Positions 40,718-50,400 of a stretch of 64,000 nt of DNA are shown here, piece after piece. Below the pieces are notes generated by a model, which had not been told where the DNA came from, searched no databases, and worked only from the letters and a program-made list of their open reading frames with translations. The position numbers and the translations under genes were made by a program. Source of the DNA: an uncultured Bacilli bacterium. GTDB lineage: Bacteria; Bacillota_I; Bacilli_A; RF39; UBA660. The first letter of the stretch is position 1; each line of letters begins with the position of its first letter. The stretch spans positions 10,274 to 74,273 of the forward strand of contig CANRKU010000002.1 in NCBI GenBank assembly GCA_947631295.1, in the 5' to 3' direction.

Positions 40718-41491
40718 ATGAAAAAAATCAAAGTACTTATGATCGATGATAACATCGAGTTAATAAGCATGATTAGGGAGTACTTTAATAATCACGCTAG
40801 TATTGAAGTAGTTTTAGAAGCAAGTGATGGAGAAGAAGGAATTAGATTAGCAAAAAATCATCAATCAGATTACGATGTAATAGTCTTAGATTTAATTATG
40901 CCTAAAAAGGATGGATTATCTGTTTTAGAAGAATTAAGAAAAGAAAACATTGATAAGAAGATTATTGTATTAACATCATATAATGCTCAAGATATGATTA
41001 GAAAGGTATCAGAATTAGGTGTAAATTACTTTATTCTAAAACCATTTGAATTAACAGATTTGGAAAAAAGAATAGAAGAATGTGGAGAAGAAAAAGATTA
41101 TTCAAATGCATCCATTGATATCTATCATAATAATCTACAAATTTCTATTACGAAAATTTTACATGAATTAGGAATTCCATCTCATATTAAAGGATATCAG
41201 TATATTCGGGAGGGTATTTCGATTTTATATGAAAAACCAGAAGTAATTGGTGGAATTACCAAAGAACTATATCCTGATATTGCTAGTAAATTTGATACTA
41301 CTGTATCTCGTGTTGAAAGAGCGATTCGTCATGCAATAGAAGTAAGCTGGAATCGCGGAGACTGGGATTTGATGGAAGAAATTTTTGGTCACAGTGTAGA
41401 TATTGATAAAGCAAAACCGACTAATTCAGAATTTATCGTAACAGTTGCTGATAAATTAAGATTAGAGTTCCAAAAGAATTATACAAAATAA
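40718..41491 (+). CDS. spo0A: stage 0 sporulation protein A (response regulator)
   Basis: Receiver domain (MIDDN, phospho-acceptor [10 protein letters not shown]). The Spo0A-specific C-terminal DNA-binding domain: [24 protein letters not shown]...[30 protein letters not shown]...KPTNSEFI. Confidence 0.92.
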   Translation: MKKIKVLMIDDNIELISMIREYFNNHASIEVVLEASDGEEGIRLAKNHQSDYDVIVLDLIMPKKDGLSVLEELRKENIDKKIIVLTSYNAQDMIRKVSELGVNYFILKPFELTDLEKRIEECGEEKDYSNASIDIYHNNLQISITKILHELGIPSHIKGYQYIREGISILYEKPEVIGGITKELYPDIASKFDTTVSRVERAIRHAIEVSWNRGDWDLMEEIFGHSVDIDKAKPTNSEFIVTVADKLRLEFQKNYTK

Positions 41492-41493
41492 TA

Positions 41494-41540
41494 AACATGG
41501 CATGGTAAAACATTTCCCAAATGCCATGTTTATTTTTTTA
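41494..41540 (+). terminator. rho-independent terminator of spo0A
   Basis: 10-bp stem aacatggcat / atgccatgtt followed by tattttttta, starting 3 nt after the spo0A stop. Confidence 0.75.
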
Positions 41541-41568
41541 AAGAAACATATGAAAAAAATTTCATTTA

Positions 41569-41597
41569 TTGACTTTTCAAAGAAAAAACAATATAAT
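41569..41597 (+). promoter_or_regulatory. sigma-A-type promoter (TTGACT - 17 bp - TATAAT)
   Basis: TTGACT at 41569-41574, a 17-bp spacer, TATAAT at 41592-41597; upstream of the ATPase gene. Confidence 0.6.
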
Positions 41598-41630
41598 TAA
41601 ATTATAAAATATGCGTGGGAGATACGATTT

Positions 41631-42905
41631 ATGGAACGAAAAATTTATAATGATTTACTAAAATGGAAAAAAGATGTTAGCAGAAAACCTTTATTAGTTT
41701 ATGGAAGCAAACAAATTGGGAAAACTTATACGATTGTTGAATTTGGAGAAAAAGAATATAAGACAGTTGCTTATATTAATAGTGATAATAATCAAGAATT
41801 ATTATCTATTTTAGAAAAAGAAAGAACGATAGATAAAATCATAGCAAAATTATCTCTTTTAGTAGGGGAAAATATTTTAAAAAATGATACATTAATTATT
41901 TTTGACAATGTTGTAAATGAAAGTATTGTGAAAGCTATTAAGAAATTTGGTAAAGAAGAAAATGAATACCATATTATTATGATTACTTCCTTAAAAGAAA
42001 AACTAACAGTTTTTAAAGGAGAAGAACTACAATATAAAAATATGTTTCCTATGGATTTTGAAGAATATTTAAGAGCAATTGGAAATATAGAATTAATTGA
42101 TTTTATTAAGAATTCTTATCGAACTAATAAAAGTATGCCATTTCATAACATAGCAATGGATTATTATGAAGAATATTTAATGACTGGTGGTCTTCCTGAA
42201 AGTATTGTTGCTAGTATCAATAAAGAAAGTGATTTAAAGATAAAAATCATTCATGAGAAACAATTAGATACTTATAAAAAAGAATTTCTAAATTTAGATA
42301 CCCTAATTGATATTATTCGTTGTAATGATGTAGTGAACATTCTACCTTATCAATTGTTAAAACCAAATAGAAAATTTCAATATGGCTTAATGAGAACTGG
42401 TGGAAGAAGTAAAGATTATGAAAAAGCTATTGATTTTTTATCCAATAACAACATTGTTTACAAATGTTATAAAATTAGTGAAGCAAATCCCCCACTTAGT
42501 AGATGCAAAGATTCTGAAAGCTTTAAATTATATTTAAATGATACTGGAATTTTATTTATGATGATGCACATATCTAAACTAAAGTTATTTAGCGATGATA
42601 ATTTAAAATATATTTTATACGAAAATAATTTAGCTAATACCATATTTTCTTGTGGTTATAACCTATACTATTATCAATCCGAAGGAAAAGCAGAAATACC
42701 TTTTATAGTTCAAACTAGAGCAGGTAAAATTATTCCTATTGAAATTGTAAATAAAAATTTATCTAAAGCCAAATCTTTATCATTATTTATGAGTAAATTT
42801 AATATTTCTGAAGCTATTCGTTTTACGGAAGATAATTTTAGTATAAAAAAAGGAGTGAAATATATTCCTATTTATGCTGCATTTTGTTTAAAAGAAAATT
42901 TATAA
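41631..42905 (+). CDS. AAA-superfamily ATPase with DUF4143-type C-terminal domain
   Basis: The N-terminus MERKIYNDLLKWKKDVSRKPLLVYGSKQIGKT (Walker A GSKQIGKT) and overall length fit the AAA_14/DUF4143 family; from memory. Confidence 0.6.
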   Translation: MERKIYNDLLKWKKDVSRKPLLVYGSKQIGKTYTIVEFGEKEYKTVAYINSDNNQELLSILEKERTIDKIIAKLSLLVGENILKNDTLIIFDNVVNESIVKAIKKFGKEENEYHIIMITSLKEKLTVFKGEELQYKNMFPMDFEEYLRAIGNIELIDFIKNSYRTNKSMPFHNIAMDYYEEYLMTGGLPESIVASINKESDLKIKIIHEKQLDTYKKEFLNLDTLIDIIRCNDVVNILPYQLLKPNRKFQYGLMRTGGRSKDYEKAIDFLSNNNIVYKCYKISEANPPLSRCKDSESFKLYLNDTGILFMMMHISKLKLFSDDNLKYILYENNLANTIFSCGYNLYYYQSEGKAEIPFIVQTRAGKIIPIEIVNKNLSKAKSLSLFMSKFNISEAIRFTEDNFSIKKGVKYIPIYAAFCLKENL

Positions 42906-42921
42906 AAGAAAAGGAGAAAGT

Positions 42922-44421
42922 ATGAAACCTATTATTTTATGTATTTTGGATGGATTTGGCCTAAGAGAAGAGATAAAAGGAAATGCAGTAAAATTAGCAA
43001 AAAAGCCTAATTTTGAATTTTTATGGAATCATTATCCACATTCTACTCTAAATGCTAGTGGAAAAGAAGTTGGATTACCAGAAGGACAAATGGGTAATAG
43101 TGAAGTAGGGCATATGAATATAGGTGCTGGAAGATTAGTATATCAGCCGCAAGAATTAATTAATGTAAGTATTGAAAATAAAGAAATTTTTCAGAATCAA
43201 GAAATCTTAAAAGTAATGAATCATGCTAAACAAAATCACTCTAAACTGCATATTATGGGATTAATTAGTGACGGAGGTGTACATTCACATATTAATCACT
43301 TAATGGCAATTCTAGAAATGTGCAAACAAAATCAAATAGAAAAACTATATCTACACCTTTTTGCCGATGGAAGAGATGTAGATCCGTGCAGCTGCTATCG
43401 ATATATAGAACAGGTAGAAAAAAAATTAAAAGAAATAAATGTTGGAAAGATAGCAACCCTTGGTGGAAGATATTATGGAATGGATCGAGACAATAATTAT
43501 GATCGATTACAAAAAGCATATGATGCAATGGTAAATAATATAGGTCCGAAACACCATTCTATCGAAGAATTTATAAAAGAAAGTTATGAGCAAAATATCA
43601 CAGATGAATTTTTAATTCCTACTATCTTTGAAGAAGAAGGAAAAATTGAAGAAAATGATGGAATCATTGTATATAATTACCGCAAAGATCGCTTAAGAGA
43701 AATATTAACAGCTCTTACAAATCCTAGTTTTCAGGATATGAAAGTAAAAAAATTTCAAAATTTAAAAGTAGTAACGATGTTACCAGTGGTAGAATCAGTA
43801 ATTGCTTCTCATGCCTTTGATGATCCGAAATTAACAAATATCTTAGGAGAATATGTAGCCAAAAAAGGATTAAAGCAATTGCGAATTGCTGAAACTGAGA
43901 AATATGCACATGTTACATTCTTTTTTGATGGTGGTAAAGAAGTAGATTACCCAAATGAAAAAAAGATATTAATTCCCTCGCCTAAAGTAGCCACTTATGA
44001 TTTAAAACCAGAAATGAGTATTGTAGAAGTTACAGATACTTTATTAAAAGAATTAACAGAAAATGAATATGATCTGGTTATTTTAAATTTTGCAAACTGT
44101 GATATGGTAGGACATACAGGTAATTTAGAGGCAGCTATCAAAGCAGTAGAAAAAGTGGATGAAAGCTTAGGTAAAATATATCATAAAGTAGAAGAGTTAA
44201 ATGGATTATTAATCGTAACTGCCGATCATGGAAATTGTGAATTAATGATAGATGAAAATAATCATATCATTACCTCACATACTACGAATAAAGTACCATT
44301 TATTATTTGTAACAACAATTATCAAGTAAGTGATGGCAAACTAGGGGATATCGCACCTACTATTTTGAAAATTTTACAATTGGAAATTCCAAAAGAAATG
44401 TCAGGAAAAATATTAATATAG
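42922..44421 (+). CDS. gpmI: 2,3-bisphosphoglycerate-independent phosphoglycerate mutase
   Basis: ILCILDGFGLRE N-terminus, catalytic-Ser region NSEVGHMNIGAGR, C-terminal ADHGN. Confidence 0.93.
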   Translation: MKPIILCILDGFGLREEIKGNAVKLAKKPNFEFLWNHYPHSTLNASGKEVGLPEGQMGNSEVGHMNIGAGRLVYQPQELINVSIENKEIFQNQEILKVMNHAKQNHSKLHIMGLISDGGVHSHINHLMAILEMCKQNQIEKLYLHLFADGRDVDPCSCYRYIEQVEKKLKEINVGKIATLGGRYYGMDRDNNYDRLQKAYDAMVNNIGPKHHSIEEFIKESYEQNITDEFLIPTIFEEEGKIEENDGIIVYNYRKDRLREILTALTNPSFQDMKVKKFQNLKVVTMLPVVESVIASHAFDDPKLTNILGEYVAKKGLKQLRIAETEKYAHVTFFFDGGKEVDYPNEKKILIPSPKVATYDLKPEMSIVEVTDTLLKELTENEYDLVILNFANCDMVGHTGNLEAAIKAVEKVDESLGKIYHKVEELNGLLIVTADHGNCELMIDENNHIITSHTTNKVPFIICNNNYQVSDGKLGDIAPTILKILQLEIPKEMSGKILI

Positions 44422-44437
44422 GATAGGATGTGTGTTT

Positions 44438-47400
44438 ATGAAAAAGAAAAAATCAAAGAAAAAGAAGATAAAAAAAATATCACAAACAACTCATAAAAAA
44501 ATAACACCAGCATTTGATCAAACTGAACAAGAAGAAAAAACCAGTAAAACAATAACAGAAACGCACAATCAAGATATAGTAGAAGAAAAGAAAAAAAAGA
44601 AAAAGAAGATTATTTTTCTATTACTTTTATTCCTATTAGTATTTTGCATATTTAGTATTAGTATCACATATGGAAATAGTATTTATGATGCTATTGAAGA
44701 ACAAGTAATAGAAGTATTAAATCTCAAAAAACCATCTGCTCCAGAAATAACTGGTGGTAGTGGAGAATGGGCTAAAGAAAGATTAATTAAAGTATCTAAA
44801 GATGCAACTACCAAAAATGGCTTAGATTATTACGAATATTGTATTAGTAATAGTAAAAATCTAAAAAATTGTAATTGGAAAAAAACGACAACTAAAAATA
44901 CTAAAGTAATGGAAACAGGAATTCATTATGTTGTTTTTAGAGGAGTAGATAAAGAAGGAAGAAAGGGATATCACTCTAATATAGAAATAGTATATATCGA
45001 CAATAATAATCCTATTATAGAAAATATTACTGTTGATAAGATTACAACGACAAGTATTGATATTAAAGTCAGTGCAAGAGACGAACATAGTGGTATTTAT
45101 AATTATTTTTATAGTTTAGATGGAATAAACTATGAAAAGGGAAATCCAAATTATACGTATCAAAATTTAGAAAAAGAAAAGGAATATACAATTTATGTTA
45201 AAGTAGACGACAAGGTTGGAAATACTACTTTTTTAAGTATGCAAGTAAAGACATTGCCAGAAGATGATAAAAATTCAACCCATGAATCAACAACCAGTCC
45301 AAATCCAACAACCAGTCCAAATCCAACGACTAGCCCAAATCCAACAACCAGTCCAAGTCCAACGACTAGCCCAAGTCCAACGACCAGTCCAAGTCCAACA
45401 ACTAGTCCAAATCCAACGACCAGTCCAAGTCCAACAACTAGTCCAAATCCAACAACCAGTCCAAGTCCAACGACTAGTCCAGATCCAACAACCAGTCCAA
45501 GCCCAACAACCAGTCCAAGCCCAACAACTAGCCCAAGTCCAACAACCAGTCCAAGTCCAACGACTAGCCCAAGTCCAACAACCAGTCCAGATCCAACGAC
45601 TAGCCCAGATCCAACGACTAGCCCAGATCCAGGAAAAGATGATGAGAAAGAGGAAGAAGATACTGAAATTCCAAAGATTAACTTAGATCAAGTACCATTA
45701 GAATTTCCATATGGAAGTAATTATGCTTTGCCAAGTTACTATCACTTTGGACCTAGTGGTGGTGAAGTACAATGTACTGTAGAAGGCGAAATATATACCG
45801 ATACTTCTACTTTAAAAGCAGGAACCCATGTTATTGAATGTATTGCTAAAGGAAATAATGGAATTAATGTTGGAGTATCCAAGAAAGTAAAAGTAACAGT
45901 GGAAGAAGGAATAGATGAAGCTTGGGATGGATGGATACGCTTAAATTTATATTATCCAGAAGATTCTACTAACTGGCAATGGAGAATAGGAAAAGAAGGC
46001 GAAATTCGTGACGGATATGATAATACTGGATGGCAAGACTATACAGGACCAATTTTAGTAAAACTAGAAGATGTTGATGATGTTTATATTCGATATGATT
46101 TAAATGGTGAAACTGTAATTATAGCCCCTAATGGTAAGACAGTAGTAGATATAGAACCTAATAAATATAGTTTGTTATCTGATGAAACAACAAAAGTAAC
46201 AATTATATATGATAAAGACGCAGAAGTAAAAGAATATAAGATAGGCTCTGGCGATTGGCAAGAATATACTAAACCATTTGTAGTAGGTAAAAATACATTA
46301 ATAGAAGCTAGAGTAAGCAAAAAAATAGATGTATATGATAGCGATGGTAATAGACTATATACAAAAACAGTAAGTGAGAGTGATAGCGTATTTATAGGAG
46401 AAATAGTAGAACATGGTAGTAGTAAAGGAACTATCAATGGTGGATCAGGATCTTTTGAATCGGAAACAGTTCCAAATGGAAATACTGTTACCAGACCTAG
46501 CTATGACGCAAGACCATCAGAATATTTATCAGGACCCAATATTAATATTAGTGCAGAACAGATTTCTGAAAATATAGCAGTAAATATTACTACGGAATAT
46601 GATGCAAGAGAAATTTACTACAAGATTGGAAATGGTTCTTATCAATTGTACACAGGAAGCTTTACTGTTACCAATAATACAACGATTAGTAGTTATTATA
46701 TTAGAGAAAGTGATGGTAGAATAAGTAGTACAAGCTATAGATATATTAATAATATATATAGAGGAGAAAAACCATATGTCAGAATTAATGCTATACCAGA
46801 TAATTACCTAACAGAGTCCTTAGATAGTGTAGAAGTAACAATTAGTGGAAGCAACTATGATCAATTAGAATATAGTCTAGATGGACATATTTATTATAAA
46901 TATATAAATCCAATTATCATCACAGATAGTACTACTGTATATGCAAAAGGAATAAATCAATATGGTGTTACCATAGAAAAATTATTAATTACTACTAAAA
47001 CACCAGCGATAAAAAAAGATAATTTAGATATTAGTATCTTATGTAATCCAGATAATTCAAAGGATTTGATAAATCATACTACAGTTACGATTATTTATGA
47101 CAATAGAGCTACTAAAAAATACTATAAATTAGGAAAAGATTCTGAATATCAAGAATATACTGGACCATTTGAAGTATATGAAAATACAACTGTATATGCT
47201 TATGCTATAGGAAAAAATTTAGAAGGAGAAACAAAACGAGGAATAGATTTTTTGACAACAGGAATTATGGAACCAATTATAAAAGTAACTCCTACTACAG
47301 CATCTAATACAGTAATGGTTAATATCGAATTTGATAAAAACGCAAATACAAAATATTATCAAATAAATGGTGGAGAAAGACTTTATTATACAGGACCATT

Positions 47401-50400
47401 TGAGATATATGAAAATAGTGAGATTTATGCCTATAATAGTAATGCTTTAAATTATGAAAAAGATAGTACTTATATGATTGATAATATTGTAGGTCTGCCT
47501 AATTATTTAATTATTGATAAAGGGAAATATTATATTATTAAATTAAATTATCCATCTATATCTAATATTGAAGATAGAGAATATAAATACGGCAAAAATG
47601 GTGTATGGAAAACTTATGATGAAAAGGGAATTTTATTAATTAAGTCAGAATATCAACAAGAATATATGACTGGAAAATATGATGGTATTGAAGTAGAAGA
47701 TAAAAATGGCAATAAAGTAATATTTACAGATCATTATTATGTAACTGATACTCCATTTGAAAAAATTATGGAAGACATTTATATGAGATGGAGTAATACT
47801 AAATTAAAGGCCCCAGAGATAGTAATAAATGAAGAAAACTACACAAAAGAAGTAGAAGTCGGAATTTTATATTCTAATCTATTAACCAAAAAATTATATA
47901 AAATTGTTAATGCAAATGGTTTAGATACAGGCTGGTTAGAATATACTGGACCATTTAAGGTAAATGAAAATAATACTGTAGTTTATGCCAAGGGAACTAC
48001 TCAAAGTGAGATTACTACTGAAACTTCATACCGAATTATCACCAATATTGATTCAATTAATCCTGAAATTACAGTACAGGGAGATTTTGAGACTCCAAAA
48101 CGTGAAGTAATTGTTACAGTCTCAGCAACCGATAATATGATGCTGAGAGAAGTTAAATGGGAAAAAGGGGATCAAAGCAAAGAATATTTTCTTAGAAATG
48201 GTAATAGTATAAAAAATCAAGGTACCTTTACTGTAACGGAAAATGGAAAATATACAATTTATGCAGTTGACCAAGCTGGAAATGAAAGTGTACAAGTTAT
48301 TGAAATTACCAATATTGATAAAGATGCACCGCATATTATCATTCATGTTTTAACAGAAAAGCTAGGAACTAAGGCAGAAATTAGTATTGATTACGGAGAT
48401 AGTGACATTAAGGAATTTAAAATTGGAGAAAATGGAACGTATCAACCATATACAGAAAATATTACATTAAGCTCATATGATGTATACCCATTGAAAAATG
48501 AAAACGGAAGTATCACACTATATGCAAAAGGAACAGATATTGCAGGAAATACAGCAGAAGTTAGTGAGGTTATTTACATATTAGACTTTGATTTTCCACA
48601 TAGCCCTATTATTTACCCAAGCAATGGTTATCCAGAATTAACAGAAAATGGAATGATACTAGGAACAGAGAGCTACATAGTATTTGATAATACCAGAGAT
48701 GATATTATGAATTATTATAAGATTGATAATGGAAACTGGACTTTATATACCAATCCAATTACCATTGTTAGTGGAAAAATAGAAGCTAAAAGCGTAAAAA
48801 TTGGTAGTGGTTTAACAGTAACTAGTACAGCAGAGGTAAGTATACCAAGTGATGCAGTAGCAGAAAATACATATGATAAAAATATGGAAACATTCGAAAC
48901 CATTCCTAAAAATACCAAAAAGAAATTTACTTTAGACAATAATTTAGAAAATAGAAAAATAAGATTTTACTTGAATAATGAGCCAAATATAAATTCCTAT
49001 ATTAAAGTCTATGCAAAAAATAATACAGAATTAGTAACGATACCTTTAACTGAAATAGTAACATTGCTTGATATACCAACTGATGGGTATATTGTAGAAA
49101 TATATTCTGGAGATAGTAACTTAGAAATAAAAGAAATTAATTTAAGAGATAGTAATCAAGATAGAAAAGTAAAGAATCCTATCATCACAGTTAATGATAA
49201 TAGTTGGACAACAGAAAAAGAAATAAGTATTATTTATCCAGAAGGATATACCAATCAGTATAGTACTGATAGTGGTGAGACATGGCAAACATATACGGAT
49301 TCATTTAAAGTATCAAAATTTACAACTATTATAGCTAGAGCATTAGAAGAAGAAAAAGTTGTATCTGCAAGTAGTATGCAAATTACTAAAATAGACACTG
49401 AATCTCTAAATATAAAATTAGATTTACCTAATATTATTCAAGTAGGGTATAGTATTGAATTACCAACTTCTTATTATTTGGGACCTTCCGGTGGAAAGAC
49501 AGAATGTATAGCTAATGACCAAGTTATTACGAATACCAATGAATTAGGTATAGGAGAATATCAAATTACATGTACTATAACAAGCAACATTGGACCTACC
49601 AAAAGTATAACTAAATCATTAAAAGTCATAGAGGTTCCTGATTATGGAGAAGAAAGTATTTTAAAAGCTTTATCTAGAGATGACATTGTTACTGGAAAAT
49701 ATAATTTAAAAATAGTAGATCAAAATTATCCAGTACATGTATACGTATATGATGGTAATCAACATTGGACAAGTGAAGATAATACGATATTTGGGGATGC
49801 ACAAGATGTGGCAACGGCGAATACTAATGCCCAGAATATGGTAATTGTGAAAGTAAATGGAGATTTGGAAATTGATGAAGGAGTAACAGTAAAACCATAT
49901 TCCACTGAATACGGAGGACCGAAAGGATTTACACTATATGTAACAGGAAAATTAACGAATAAAGGAACAATCGATAATTCCCATGGAGCAAAAGCACCAG
50001 GAGAGAATGTATACTTATGGAAAAATGCTGATGGAAGTTATGAAATGGTACCAGCAACAGGAGGCTCAGGAGCTAATCCCGGAGGAAGTATTGGAGCCGG
50101 AAATAACGGAGGATCAGGATCTAACCGTCAAACTGGAGGTGGAGGTTCAGGAGCTATTTCTGGTAAAGGCTCAGGAAGTGCAGGAACCAGCTATTCAGGA
50201 GGAACCGGTGGTGGTGGAAATGGCGGAACTGCCGGTACAGCGAATGGAGGAGCAGGAGGAATAGGATATGCACCAACCTACCCAGGTGGAGGCGGAGCCG
50301 GAAATCCAGGCGGGGCCGGAGCATCAAGCTCATCAAAAGGAAGTAATGGAACCGGAGGATTATTAGTAATTTATGCCAATGAATATGAAAATACAGGAAA

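Noticed and set aside
45264-45686. 140-aa ORF (PVQIQQ repeats) in an alternative + frame
   Set aside because: Frame-shifted reading of the TTSP 18-bp repeat array inside the giant gene. No start context.
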